Shown here: positions 1 through 14,199 of the stretch, piece by piece
How positions within the stretch are numbered: the first letter of the stretch is position 1
How the letters are laid out: each line of letters begins with the position of its first letter
Assembly: GCF_009914755.1 (NCBI RefSeq)
Contig: NC_060932.1
From: the human T2T-CHM13v2.0 reference genome, Homo sapiens
DNA length: 64,000 nucleotides
Strand: one strand, 5' to 3'
Position numbers and translations under genes: made by a program
Notes under the pieces: model-generated
Told to the model about the DNA's origin: nothing
Databases searched by the model: none
Seen by the model: only the letters and a program-made list of their open reading frames with translations

Positions 1-2355
1 GAAGCCAGCTTCTCAATTCAATTCAACCCAATGAATATTTAGAAAGTAACTGCTCTGCAGAAGGCCCCGAGCTAGGTGCTGCTGCGGATTCAAAAGCAGA
101 GAGAAGTGACAGTTGATATCAGCATTGGGCTCAGTCAGGCTCCATGGGGCTCTGCCTCAGAGAGCAGCTCATTTAACCTCATAGTATGTTTACATAGGAG
201 AAGATGCTGCTGCGGTAGATTTCCAAGTTAGGGGTGAATCGAATGAGGATCAGAGATTAAGCAATGTCACCAAAGCCACAAAATTACTTGGTGGACAAAT
301 TGGGCCATGAAATCAGGTGCTCTGGTTCCTAATCCCAAGTACCTTCCATGACCCTATTTCTGTAGCTCATGCTGCAGACAGGTTCACTTTACTGGCCCTC
401 TTGAACACCTGCCGCAGGGCTAGCTCTACAAGCGTGTGTTAAGTTCCCACCATGTGATAAACCCTGTGGATTGAGAGATGGGAGAGATGTTGGTCCTCGA
501 CTAAAGAATCTTATAGTCTTGGGCCTCTCATTACTGTTCTTCTCTTAATAAGGCCTTTAGTTAGGCTGTTTGCTTTTTGAACACTCCGAAGGGAATCTTA
601 TCACTAACATCATGTATTGTACTAAATCCCATTCTGTCTAGGCTAGAAGACATCTTCAGAACCACGGGGAACCCCGTGGGGCATCAGGCTAAGATATCCT
701 GAATTTTGAAAGTAGGTAGATTCAAGACCATCCGCATGTCCTGTCTAATGGACCCTAGAAATGGTACGTGCAGGGGATTCCAATTCATCATCTAGAAATT
801 GCAAATGTTTGCTTGCAGTTATTTCTTTTTTCACATAGCTGCTTCTTCAGACTCTGAGGGTGCCTCATGTGTTATTTCATCCCTATATCTTCAGCCTTAG
901 TATTTTGCTTGATATAAGGTAGGTGGTCACAAACGTTTGAGGTTTCTTCCTTCTCTCCCTCCCTCATTTACTGTAACAAAATCTAGGTAAAGGGTGAGGA
1001 CTACCCATATATTTTCATCTCAGGAAGAGGCCAAGAAGTTTGCCTCATGATTAAGCAGAGCTAGCTATCTTTAGCTTCTTCTTCTGTAATGGGGACCATG
1101 AAGTAAAGTAATTCCCCTTTACGGAGCTCAGAGGAAGGATTGTATACTCCGTGGTGAAAACAGCAGAGGCTGCACAGTCAGATCTAGGTTCAAGTTCAGT
1201 TCTGCTTCTCAAGAGCTATGTGACTTTGTGCAAACCACTCAATGTCTCTGCACTAATGTTTTCATTGGTAAAAGATGAAAAATAACATCTTCACCCTTGC
1301 AGACTTAATATGCATATATTTGCACAAGAAAACATATATAGTATAGACCTTCAATACTTGCCAATAATAGATCTGAAATATACATGTATGTATGCATAGA
1401 AAGGTAAATATTGGAACACACTGCATTCTCCGCATTATCTAGTTTAAATCTCTCAACAGTTACAACAATTGTGGGCAGCTCTGGAAACCGAACCTGGAGA
1501 GGTCACAGAGACATAAGTTAGATTTTCTGATCCAAAATCTTTGATATAAAATTGTTCTAATTTTCCTAGAATTAAACATCCCTTAAGTTTCTTCTAGTTT
1601 TACCCCAGCAAAAACATATAAATATATCCTCATAAAGAGTGGGCCTCAATAGCTTAAAATAAATCTGATCTATGTTCATTTATAAGTCAGTTATTTTATT
1701 CCTTTCAATAAAATACAGTAACTTGAAAGCAACAGCAGCACATTGCCAGAAGAAGCAACTTTAAAGCAGGGACCCTGTGGAGGGTACTGTATTCTTACTA
1801 ATTATTCTCGATATCTGAACTCACATCATAAGATGATCACAAGGGCCCTTTGGATGGCCGCTTCCCAACTGGTGATTTACATATCATTAAATTCTTAGCA
1901 GGGGGAGAAACCAGAGGCTGAAACGTCCCAGGCCACTGCAAAGTCAGAACTGACCAGAAACATGGGAAAAGTGAGTGCGTTGGAAGTGATTCAGTCGGCA
2001 TGTAAGTGTCCAATGTTTTTATTCTACTTTATCTGAATGGAAAATAAAACATCAAACTGAATCCCCAGAAACCCCCATCATGGCCCGCTGGGGACTGGGG
2101 GCTCTGAAGGCAGGGTGCCCACACTTCAATCCCATTCCACACATGGCAGCTGCCTGACGTGGAGAGAGTTATCCCACCTCTTCCAGGCTCAGTTTTTCCT
2201 ACGTGAGACGTGACCACAACAGCACAACCCACTCAGGTGATGTGAAGGCGCTTGAGATAATGCCATGCTCAGCGCCGGGAATGACTCTGATCTTCCAAAC
2301 CCATCGGTAAGAGAAGCGTGCAGAGCAAACCCTGCGCAGGAGAGGGACAACTTAC

Positions 2356-2409
2356 CCGAGCTCCTGGAGGACCGGGGGCGCCTTGGTGACCTCTGGGTCC
2401 TGGAGCTCC
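2356..2409 (-). CDS. COL22A1: COL22A1 exon, 54 bp (GAPGPRGHQGAPGPPGAR)
   Basis: taccag|GGA GCT CCA...GCT CGG|gtaagt. Confidence 0.96.
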
Positions 2410-2680
2410 CTGGTAACACAAGCCAAACAGATGTTTAGTCATGACTTTTCCCCCATATGATCAGGCCCACCATCACCCATGGCCCTCTCCTGACTCAAAG
2501 TTTACTTTCCAAGTTCTCGATAGGGAGTAGAGGTATGGGAGTGGGTATTTGCATTTCTGGCAGAAAGGCAACTGAAGTCTGAAAGGCTCCATCTGAGTTC
2601 AGCCTGAGATCATGGTTGTGGCTTTTCTGTTTCTGCTGTGACCTAAATCCCCATGAGAAGAAGACGCGTGTGCCTCTTAC

Positions 2681-2710
2681 CTGTTCCCCTTTCAAGCCCT
2701 CTTGCTGCAC
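2681..2710 (-). CDS. COL22A1: COL22A1 exon, 30 bp (VQQEGLKGEQ), carries a triple-helix interruption
   Basis: tctcag|GTG CAG CAA...GAA CAG|gtaaga. Confidence 0.94.
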
Positions 2711-2983
2711 CTGAGAGACAAAGCAAGCATTAGCAAAGGTGCTGGCATTTCCGCAACCACAGTCAACCTCTCTCAGCTGCACTAAGGCCATTCATTCACA
2801 GGCCATGCTGTCATGTCGTGCCTCCTGACTTTTCTCTGATTCTGCCCCATTTTTAGTGTTGAAAGCCTTCTATCCAACCCATGTCCTTGGAAGAGCGTTG
2901 CCTTATTCTTAGAGGTGAAGACTCATCCAACCACCCAATCCCACCAGCACCTGCATCCATGATTCCAACCACTGCTGACTCAC

Positions 2984-3028
2984 CACTGAGCCTGGTACAC
3001 CAGGTGGCCCCGCAGGTCCCACGTCACC
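2984..3028 (-). CDS. COL22A1: COL22A1 exon, 45 bp (GDVGPAGPPGVPGSV)
   Basis: gtgcag|GGT GAC GTG...TCA GTG|gtgagt. Confidence 0.96.
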
Positions 3029-5068
3029 CTGCACAGAAACAACAAACATTTCAGCATAGTTACTGGTGCCACCTTCTGTGGCAGTCCCATCCCTCTGAGG
3101 CTTATTCTTGTGGGCCCAGGGGACCACACCCCTCCCTGTGCACCACCACACATATCTTCGTCTTGCCCGAGCCTGCTGTCTTCTGAAATTCTCAAAGTTC
3201 GGGTTCTGATCCTCATCTCTGCCTCAGATCATAGGCTTCTTGCTGGCAGGAGTCTTATTTTCTATTTTGTGCACATCCAATCTAGTGCCTAGATTTGGGT
3301 CATGTTCCATGAACACCTCAGGGCCCTCACCAGCCTCTGCGGCTTGAGAGCAGCCTCATTGAGCCCCTGCCTGCGCCAGCCACTGTCTTTGCACTGTGAG
3401 AGCTGTGATGATATATTTTGGCAGGTCTCTTATGCCAGGTTCATAGCTCCGCACACAGTCAGCATTCAATAAGTATTTATCAAATAAGTAACTAAAAATG
3501 TGGCACTGCTTCTCATCCATTTTCATTAAGTCACTTTATACACAAGGTTTGTCTCCTGCCTCCTCCTCCTTGGCCTCCAGGTCCCCTGGGCTATGACGGC
3601 TGTGGCCTGACCGGATGTTCCAGCGTGTGCGCTACAACTTGGTCCTAAATGAAGCATATTTATCAATTTTGATCACAGAAAAATCTTTAGTATTATTTCT
3701 ATGGTGCCTTATGGCTAAAGCAAGGAAAATACATATAGTCAATGTTTCCACACATGACGTAGGGACATAACTTTTCCTTTTACCTAGAGCTTAGCTCAGG
3801 GAGCATGGGAAACATTTAAAACCTGTTGTTAATGAAGCTAGTAAATGAATAAATGAATCACCAATTAAAGCTGAAGGCATCTATTAGGTCTTAAGGCTAA
3901 GGGGGAAGAGTGAATGGCTCAAGACACACGCTCACTGCCTTGGGGATTCTATTCTATGGACAGAAAATGTTTCCTCTGAGACCAAAATGGATACATTTAC
4001 AATGTATCTTCCAATGCCCTGTCTCCCATCCCTGCCCGAGACCTGGAAAAATCACCTCACTTTTCACAGCATCAAGTGTTTTTCTAAAAATCCCGATCCA
4101 TCATGTTTTATGTCAAAAACCTTGAGTGCCAGTTTTCTTCATTGTACCTTCCTGTTTTTCACACAGAGAAATCGAGTCCTGCCTCAGAAACGCTTCTCTA
4201 TTCTGTTTTATTCTCTCCATGCTGCCAGTACCCCTGCACACACGTGCACACACACGAGCACATATTCTCACACACATGTGCTTGCACACACACTGCATTC
4301 ACCACTCTATAGCCCCTGCAGGCACTTCCAGGACATGAGAACATGAAGATCTCCATACACTCAGATCCCAGCGCGGATATCAAGTCACTTCTTCACGAAC
4401 ATCCTTCAACATCTCCAAACAGAGTCAGATTTCCCCTAGACTCCCACAAACCTTATTCATATCTTGGTAATACAGGATTGTTAGAAGACATTCTGAGCTA
4501 TACTATGTGTGTGTGTGTATGTGTGTGTGGAGGGAGAGAGAGAATGGCTGAATAATGAATCTTTTGAGGTTCAAAATCATGTCTTTTTTATGACTACTTT
4601 GTGTCAACTGTCACATTCCCTTCTGTTGGTTTCATTGTTGTATTTCTCATAATATTATTATTATATTACACCACAAAAAGTGAGTTTCCAATAACAGTTA
4701 TGAAATCAATCAATCAACACGTGTTTTAATTACTCTCAACTCACCATATAAGGGCCAATGTTCCAACAAATTTGGTAGGAAAACTAAGACCCTCGTATCC
4801 ATCCCTAACAACTGTGTGTATACAGCTAACAGTTATTGGAGAGACTCTGCCTTGCAGGCTTTTCTTCAGGGACTGGACATGGATTCACTCTCGTTCCCTA
4901 TGATACTATCTTTCCTGTCTTAAAGATGAGGAAACTGGGGCACAGATACACTGAGTAACTTGTCCAAGGTCAGAAGTCTAGTACATAATAGGACCAAAAG
5001 TCTTTCCTGGAATCAATTTCTTCCCACAATATGGGTGACACATTTTTGTAAAGATCAGTTGTGGCCAC

Positions 5069-5625
5069 TGTGGTGGCCCGTCTCCACGACGGTCCCCCGT
5101 AGTCCCTGCTTCCTGCATGCAACCCTGTGTGGGGACCTCCCACACCATCCCCGTTCCTCTATGTGACTAACAGAAACAGCAGACGTGATGGGAGGTGACT
5201 TCCAAGATTCGGTGATAAAAATGACTGTGGCTTCCATCTCAGACTCCCTCCTTTCCCCCAACCTTGAACCAGTCACTGCTCACTTTTGGGGAGCAATTTC
5301 CCTTTCTGTGCACAGTACCATGGAGAAGCCCATGTAAAAGGGAAGTAAACATCTCTGGCCAACAGCTGTCAAGAAACTCAGGCCTACCAGTGATGACATG
5401 AGTGAGCCTGGAAGTAGATTCTCCAGCACCAGTGGACCCTTGAGATAACTATTAATGTGTCCCCACTGACAGCTTGTCTGCCTCTCAGGAGAGATCGTGA
5501 AGCAGAACAATCCAGCCATGCCATTCCCAGATTCCTGCCCTCAGAATCGTGTGAGATCATACATGATTGTTTCCAACTACTAAGTTTCAGGATGATTTAT
5601 TATACAGCGGTAGGTAACTAGTGCA
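5069..5625 (+). mobile_element. MLT1-family (ERVL-MaLR) solo LTR, old
   Basis: MLT1-type motifs (gtgacttccaagatt...; cccagattcctg...ctaagtttcaggatgatttattatacagc...taactagtgca); subfamily uncertain. Confidence 0.7.
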
Positions 5626-7440
5626 ACCATAGACCCAATCCAGTAAAATCATTAAAAGGGCATAAAAATGCATCCCCTGATATTTAGATCTGCAGTAAAT
5701 CATCGAATGGACAGGCAGATAATATGATAGGCCTTGGTCAATAATCAGATTCACTTTGGGGCTTGGGCAAGAAATTGTAATTGTCTAGACTTCGGTCTAT
5801 TATCTGTAAAATGAAGCAGTTTAAAAAGACCGTCTCTGCGGTTCCAGTGACTTTCCCAAATTGTGTAGCATCTAAGATTTGTCTCAAGGATGTGATCTCA
5901 GAATGAGATGAGAGGCATCATATCACCTGAGCTTCACTGGTTTCTTAATTATTTTAATGAAAACCCCAAAATCATGCCATGGTCCTTGACCTTCTCCTCC
6001 CGTTTCTGCTGCATTTATCATAATAAGAAATAATAACTCAGCAGTTTCCCAAATATGAAGGGCCAAACCCAATCTCTAAATAAGGTGGAAGGTTGAAACT
6101 TATAACACACACACATAGGCGGCAGCAAGAAATAGAGTCATCACCTAGATCCAGACTTCAAGGCTCATTCCCTCTTTGTGACTTGAAATAAACTGCTTAT
6201 TTTAGGACTTAGCATCCCCTGTCAAGGAACTGCAAGAATATATTAAAATCCTGACACCTGGATAATATAACAATATACATCTCAACTCTAAAAATACTTA
6301 GAAGGAGAGAGAATAATGAACTCGGCTAGCACTGAAGCCCGAGTGAGCGAGTTTGGAAGACATTAACTTTCTCCAGCCCCCATCCTAAGCTGAGGTCTGT
6401 GTCAGCCCGTACTATTTATTTATTTATAACAGATACCTTGTCTGCTTCCATAAGGAGTTGGAGCAGCCTCCTCCCATATTTAGAGCATATGCTGGAAACC
6501 AGTCTGAGTCAGACAATGACCTTCACCTGAACTCTGCGGTGAGCCACTCTGAGAAGAAGCGATGCTGATCGGGTCTCAGCCGTCTGAGCTGAGCTGGATG
6601 TCTCCCGTCTCAGCCCCTTCTCTCTCCCCAGTTATTCTCCAACCCAATGTCTGATGCCTTCCTAAGGGCCTGTCTAGGAACCTGGAAGAATGTCATCCTC
6701 TTGCACTTGAGCTCAGGCTATGTCTCGTCACCCCTCCTATGCCAATCCAGAATACAACATCACACCTTCTCTTTTTCCTTCTTCGTGACCCTCAATGCTT
6801 AGGAAGGCTATTTTCATGGACATTTTTGTAGGCCCTTCACATTTTGCAAAGAATGTCTACCTGCCACTGTTGCATCTGAGATGCAGAAATTCTTAGCAGC
6901 AAATTTACTTCATTAAACCTGGAAGATATTCTAAAATAGATGACCAATAAAGATACAACCCTTATTTTGTTTTTCAAATACCTAGGGCATTTTCAGGATT
7001 CTGATTCTGATTTTTAAAAATTGCAAAATGTAGTAGAGAAGGAGAAAAGAAGAGGAAGAGAAAAGGAAAAAGTTTTTGTAAGATTTTTTAATATTTATTT
7101 ATAGCCTTCCTTATTCCAAAAAGCACTGTAATGCTTTTTTACATTTTAATACATCTAAATATTATATAACAGAACTTTATATAAATATTATATATTATAT
7201 AACAGAACTTTCTTTGCTTTTCAAATGTATGTTTATTCCTAAAAGTAGAAAAAAAATTCAATATGATAGCCAGAAATGTCTTATGTGAGTTCCTGATGCC
7301 CCAGCCACCACCCTTTGTGTGTGCTTTGTTCCCAGAGTTGCCACCCAGGCCCCTTCCCTGAGCCTGGTTTGCCAAGGCGGGCAGTCCCCGCACCTGCCTG
7401 CCCAGGGCACAGAGCCCTTGACAGCCCCAGGCTCGCTCAC

Positions 7441-7485
7441 CTTTTCTCCCTGGGGTCCTGCCACACCAGAAGGGCCGGGCCTGCC
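7441..7485 (-). CDS. COL22A1: COL22A1 exon, 45 bp (GRPGPSGVAGPQGEK)
   Basis: ctccag|GGC AGG CCC...GAA AAG|gtgagc. Confidence 0.96.
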
Positions 7486-9610
7486 CTGGAGGAAAGAAAG
7501 AAAAGGCAGATTATGATGGGCACTACGGATACGGTGGTGGGGTGTTGGGGAGAAACAGGTTGAAAGACAGCTGCCCACTGTGGCTAGACTTTTCTTCAGA
7601 AGCCAAAGTCCCTTTAGACCTGACTTTCTGGACTGTGCTTATTGCTAGAAAGTTCTTCCTCAACTAACCTAAGCTCCCTATCTCCATGCTTTCTCATCTG
7701 CAGTTGCGCTGGTTCTGCAGCATGGATAACACATTCTGAGAAAACAAAGGACCCCTTCCTTAGGGATATGAGGGCCTGGGCAAGAGGAAGAAGAAGCACA
7801 TAACCAGGACCTGCCCCGGCCCAGGGAGCATAGAAGGTGGAGTCTGGTGGAGTTGAAGGAAATCCTTAGAGCTGAGGACTGGTGAGGCACCAGGGAAGAG
7901 GGAAGAGCTGCCCAGACTCTGGCCAGGATTAGTTAGGGCCACAGGGAAATCAAAGTCCCAGAAGTCTGGTGCAGAGGATGCTGAAGACTTGTCCCTCCTG
8001 CTCTTCAATGTCCCTGCTGGGAAGCTTTCCACCAGCGGCCAAGAGAACGCCTGAGCTTCCCCAGCTCCTGCAGGAGCAGGGCGTGGGAGCAGCCCAGGAG
8101 CCACAGCACAGAGCACAGGGTAGTCCTCAGCCAGCGTCCTCACAGACCCCAGGGAGGGCCTGGAGGGCAGCTGCACAATCAATCTCCATCCATGGACAGA
8201 GGGCTTTGTATAGGAAAAGATCCTAAGGACATAGACATGCGTTCAAGGATGCATGCAAAGCACCCTCACTTCCTCTGTACTCTGAACAGCAAAGATCTGT
8301 AACCCCACTGCCTGGCTTCCCCTGCACCCTGAGACCCTCGCCGGCCAGCCCACACCACCAGCACTAGGTCTGTGTGCTGGGTTATTGTTTTTTGCACACT
8401 CATCCATGGGAAGGATTCCTTTCCCTCTTTGCCATCACCAAGCGGGTATTTCCAGTGACAAGAGCCAGGCCTGGCAACCAGGCACCGCACGATGGATATT
8501 TTTAAGCAAGTCAATAAATCGTGGTACATTCATACCATAGACCATTAACTGGTCATTTGAGTCAGGCCTTTGGTGAATATTTTTTTAAATGGTTCCATGT
8601 TTATGATACAATGTTGAAGGAAGAAAAGCAAGATATAAAAAGTATGATTCCAATGTGTTACCTGACAATAAATACAAATCCAGATATTTGTGGGAGATGG
8701 AATGAACTATAAGTTTAATTTATATTAATATAGTATATTAGAATATTTATTGTAATTCATTGACATTTAATATAATTAACATATATATTTTATCTATGGT
8801 TTCATTTTTATATCAATAAATATATTAATTGATGTATATGTTAAATTATGCTATGCAACATAGCATTTTACTAATTGGCTTTAATATGAATGTATGATTT
8901 TAGGTTTTATTTCATTTTAGTTTTTAAATTTAAATATGTAAATGTAGTTTCTTTTGGAATAGATGATGCGTTCACATGGTTCAAAACTGAAGTGCATAAA
9001 CATTTAAAGTCCCCTTCTGGGGGCAACCAAGCAGCAAGGTTATCATCGTCTTATGTCTTCTTCTAGCGACGGTCTTTGTAAGTCACCAGATGCATTTTCC
9101 CCCGACACCATTCCCAACACTTTTCTTTATTTTCCACTGAACCACATGTCTTGCAGACCCCTCACATCAGTGCATCCAGAGTTTCTTCATGAATGTCCTC
9201 AGCCTCATAGCACTCTCTGTGTCGATGCCTCCTGATTTATTTAACTAGCTTTGTACTGAGGAGCACTGGGGCTGTCTTGAATCTTTCCCTCTGGGGACAA
9301 GACGGCAATGAGCGCTGCTTACACACATCACCTTGAAAACGTGCACGTGGTCAGAGGCCTTTAAATTATGATAACGCACCACCTTACCTGATGTAAAATG
9401 GATTTCAAGTGGGATCCCTCCAGCTCTGGGGTTCGCAGAGTCAACCTACAGCCACACAGCCGGGGTATGGTCCTAAGCCTCCTGCAGCCTCCAGCTGAGC
9501 AAGGAGGAGGCCCAGGTGCTGAGGCTCTGTGGAGCTTTATGTGGGGTCTGGTCATTCCCATCCTCTGACCGCTGATGAAACCTAGCCCAACAGCGCCAGC
9601 ACCCACCTAC

Positions 9611-9664
9611 CTGCTGTCCTGTGTCCCCAGGCTTCCCAGGGAATCCATCCAGGCCTCGCTCTCC
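9611..9664 (-). CDS. COL22A1: COL22A1 exon, 54 bp (GERGLDGFPGKPGDTGQQ)
   Basis: tgccag|GGA GAG CGA...CAG CAG|gtaggt. Confidence 0.96.
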
Positions 9665-9785
9665 CTGGCAAAAGAAGGCAAATGGTGAAATAAAGAGGTT
9701 AGTGACCACAGGCAGCAGCCCAGCACACATCCCCACAGTGACCGTCATGGACAAGGAGGGTGGGGAAAAGGTGCCAAACGCACGT

Positions 9786-9786
<1 letters not shown>

Positions 9787-9816
<30 letters not shown>
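9787..9816. repeat. (CA)15 microsatellite
   Basis: Direct reading; other CA/TG repeats at about 4506-4529 and 42730-42758. Confidence 0.95.
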
Positions 9817-9821
<5 letters not shown>

Positions 9822-10314
9822 CCCTAGACAGGATGTGTCTTGGAGGACAAGGAACATAGGTCTAGGGTCAGAACAACTAGAGTCATCTCTCTGCTTTTCA
9901 CTTTTCAAATCTGTGGCCAAGAGATGGCCATGTGCCTTCTGTGAGCCACACAGTCTCTTCATCTCACGGTTCTTCATGGGGGTCAAACAAAGCCATGGGT
10001 GAGTGGGGTCTGTAATGCAGTTCATAAAATTGCAGGCGTATTTTATGCATCATTCATTTGTCCCGTAAACACGTGTGAACATGCACCACATCCCCAGCAC
10101 TCAACATAGACGTCAGAGTGAACTGCTGGCTAGCAGTAAGCCACCATCTGCGCATTCATCTGTTTACATTCAGACGGAGCTGACTGAGTGTCTTACTAGC
10201 TGTGGGATCTTGGGCAGTCACTTCACCTCTCTGAGAGTGTTTTGATTACCCTGGGGATGATAATAACCCCTTCCTCAAAAGATAGCTATGACTCCCAAAA
10301 AAAAGAAAACAAAA

Positions 10315-10890
<576 letters not shown>

Positions 10891-11896
10891 TCATCAGGCT
10901 CCTCAGACACAGCCACTTTGTTCCGGCTTCTGCCTTCCCTGCCTCCTATTCCCTCCGCTGCCTCCCCTGCACCCTTCGGGGCTCAGATTCAGTGTCCCCT
11001 CCTGACCTTTTCATCTAAATGAGAGACTCTCTTCGGCTGCAGCATGGTCTCATTTTCTTCTCCCTCATCTCCCTTAATTCAATTTTCATCTATTATCCCT
11101 GTACACGCACCTCCCCAGTCACACGAGGACAGGAGGTGCGTTCACTCTTGGTTCTTCCGTTCCTGGAGCCTCAGTGTGGGCCCCGCTGACATTTACTGAA
11201 TGACTGGAAGATTATATATACAAATTATGTTGAACTCTCCTTCTATTTCTTTATAACCTCATTTCCCAAGTCGTGATTTCTTTGCTGCTTTTTCCGTTTG
11301 AGGTTGGTTCCTCTCTTTCAGGATGTTGTTTTTCTTCCAGGGGTTGCAGGTTCTTGGTTTTCAGCTCATGGCTGCTGTGCTCGCTGTGGGTGCCCGCCCA
11401 CCAGTGGACAATGATTCTATTCACTGCCGCTCCCTCTGGGGATGGCAGGGCAGGGGGAACCTCCCGTGGGTGGGATGCAGAGGAAGGTTTTCTTCCTTGT
11501 GTGGCTGCTCCTATCTCTCCCCGGGCTTGCTGGCTACCTGCGGAGTGGGTCTCTCCTTTCATCTGGAAACAAATACTGAGGCTTCCTACTGCCCAGGATG
11601 GGCAGGGAATGGGGCAGGGGCTGCCTGACTCTGCGTCTCCAAGTGCAGGAAACCAGTGAATCACTGACGCCTGCCTCAGGGTCCCCCCATTCCCCATACC
11701 CACTGATGTGAACGTAGGGGTGTCCCAACCCTCTCTGGGCTCTGCAGTTTGGTTTGCAGGCCCCTGGCCTTGCTTCTACATAAACTTAATCCTACATGTT
11801 TTCTATCTTTCAGAAATTATTTTAAAATTCCAGAACATTGATGTACACTTGTATTTTCAATCACAATTATACACTAATCTTTTAAAAAGGCTTTCC

Positions 11897-12196
11897 CAGT
11901 GGCTCATGCCTGTAATCCCAGCACTTTGGGAGGCTGAGGCAGGCAAATCACCTGAGGTCAGGAGTTCAAGACCACCCTGGCCAACATGGTGAAACCCCAT
12001 CTCTACTGAAAAATACAAAAACATTAGCCAGGCATGGTGGTGGGCACCTGTAGTCCCTGCTACTCAGGAGGCAGGAGAATGGCATGAACCTGGGAGGCAG
12101 AGGTTGCAGTGAGCCGAGATCGTGCCACTGCACTCCAGCCTGGGCGACAGAGTGAGACTCTGTCTCAAAACAAAATAAAAGTAATAAAAATAAAAA
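11897..12196 (+). mobile_element. Alu, near full length
   Basis: cagtggctcatgcctgtaatcccagc...gagactctgtctc plus A-rich tail. Confidence 0.95.
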
Positions 12197-12695
12197 GTCT
12201 TTGCATCACGTGACACTTGGGGCGAATGGTGAGTGGAGCTGCCTGGGTTTCGTCTCTGCCAAGTGATTCCACATCTATCACTATATCCTCTCCTCCAAAC
12301 TTGGCAAGGTTGGCAGGCCCAAGCACCAACAAGAAATGAGGAAACTGAGGCCGGAGGAGGTGAAGCCACTTCACCCCAGCTGGGTGTGCTGGCACTGGCG
12401 CCAGAACCGGCCCTCCTGTCCTTTCGTCCTTGGTCTCTTTCTACTGCCTTGGAGGGGGAGGGTCGGAGCAGAGTCCCTGGAGGGACTGCGGGGCCTGGGC
12501 TGGTGAGTGGACAAGGGTCTTTGAGCCCATGGACTCTCACCCTCTACCTCTAGATGAGGAAACTGGGAGCCCTAGGGTGCACCTTGTCCAAAGGCACATA
12601 GAAACTTAGCGGTGGTACCAGGACTCAAATCGAGGTCTCCTGATTTCCAGTCCTGAGTGCACTTCCTTGTGACAGGCCACCCTACTAAAGATCAC

Positions 12696-13322
12696 TGTAA
12701 GGAACATGGCTGTGCTTTGGTCAAGGAATAGGCTGAGGCGGACATCCGGGCCTGAGTGACTCAGTGAGTTTGGAACGCAGGCGCACAATTCCATGTATAA
12801 TGGAAACATAGCTATGGAGCCACAACATGGGAAGGCCATCCCTTGGCCCTAGGCCACTATTGTCTGTAAAAGGTATAATTGCCCTGTTGACACTGTGCAG
12901 GTGTGGTCACGCCCAGAGAAAGAGAGAGAGCCAAAGCTGTCTGTCTTGCAGACGGCGGGGAGGCAGGACACAGCTCAGCTTCCTTGTGCCCAGAGAGAGA
13001 AAGAGTGAAGCTGCTGACCCTGAAGGCAGGGAGAGCCGGCTGCACAGCTGTGTGTCCTCTCAGCAGAGAGGAGCCACCAGGCTAAGCAGCCAAGACCGAG
13101 CAGACAGTGTGAGAGTAAGCTGCTGATGGGAGAACAGTGTAAGAGAGCTAGTGTGAGTGAGCTGCTGATGAGACAGCTGCTGAGTAGAACCACATTTCAC
13201 CTGCCCTATGGCCCCCTGAGTGTTCTTTCAGCCATCTGCTCATCCACCCACTCCCCTCAGACTTCAGCAAGGGCTGGACCCTAAATCCGAGTGTGACATT
13301 TGGCATAGATGTGGACCTGACA
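12696..13322 (+). mobile_element. ERVL solo LTR, LTR18 family (LTR18B-like)
   Basis: TG...CA termini (tgtaaggaacatggctgtgctttggtcaaggaatagg...gacctgaca) with 5-bp TSD atcac at 12691-12695 and 13323-13327. Family assigned from recalled consensus. Confidence 0.8.
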
Positions 13323-13599
13323 ATCACCCTGGAACCTGACTCTCCCAGAGACCTCAGAGCAAGGCCAAGTGTGCCTGTTGCCCAAGTCCCTGTTTCTTAC
13401 TTCCCTGCACTTGCACACCAAGATGAGTGGAGTCTGGAGCCAAGAGTTCCTCTGACTGCAGCTTAGGACAGCTGCAGGTGCACAGAGAGGGCCTGGCTGG
13501 ACCTGGGGGCAGCAGTCTGCACTGCTGGCCGGCATGTGACAGAGGAGCGAGGTGGACATGGCTGCGGGCCTGATGGATGGGTGGTCATTAGCAGGGGCG

Positions 13600-13932
13600 A
13601 GAGGAATGAGAGAGGATACATGAGGGAAGGAAATAAGTGAGAAAGAGAAGAGTGGGGGTGGGGGAGAGACAGATGGAGACAGAGACAGATACAGAGACAC
13701 AGAGAGAGAGACTCAGTAACAGAAAAACAAAGACAAAGAGATGTGAGAGACGGAGAGAGAGACAGAAAAAGACAGAAGACAGATAGACAGGAGAGAGATA
13801 AAGAGATACAGAGAAGCAGAGGGACAGTTAAGACAGGTGCAGACAGAGACAGACGCAGAGAGACCGAGAAAGACAGGACAGAAGAGAGAGTTTGAGAGAC
13901 ACACACAGTCAGGTACAGGGAGAGAGACAGAA
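13600..13932. repeat. GA-rich low-complexity tract (degenerate (AG)n/(AGAC)n)
   Basis: Purine-rich gagagacagaga repeats; source of the Leu/Ser-rich spurious minus-strand ORFs. Confidence 0.9.
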
Positions 13933-14199
13933 GATGTGGCATTCAGAGTGCGGTCTCAAGCTGAAATGCCTGCCACAGCATCTGGGACAGGCAGTGGAAC
14001 CACGCCATAGTGTGGGCCCATCCTGAGGCCACACTAGGGCACCCATGCCCCCCTGCAGGCCCTCCACTCAGACTTGCTGCTGTTGATTGGGTTTGCCAGC
14101 TTTGCTAGCACTGCACTGGCTACACAAATGCAGCTGAGTGCAGGCTTCGGCTCCTGCAGACTGAGAGTGAGACCCCGGGCTCCGGCGTAGAGGGGGCAT

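Noticed and set aside
662-679. 8-bp GC-rich hairpin ccacgggg-aa-ccccgtgg
   Set aside because: Too short to exceed chance expectation; terminator logic does not apply to a human intron.
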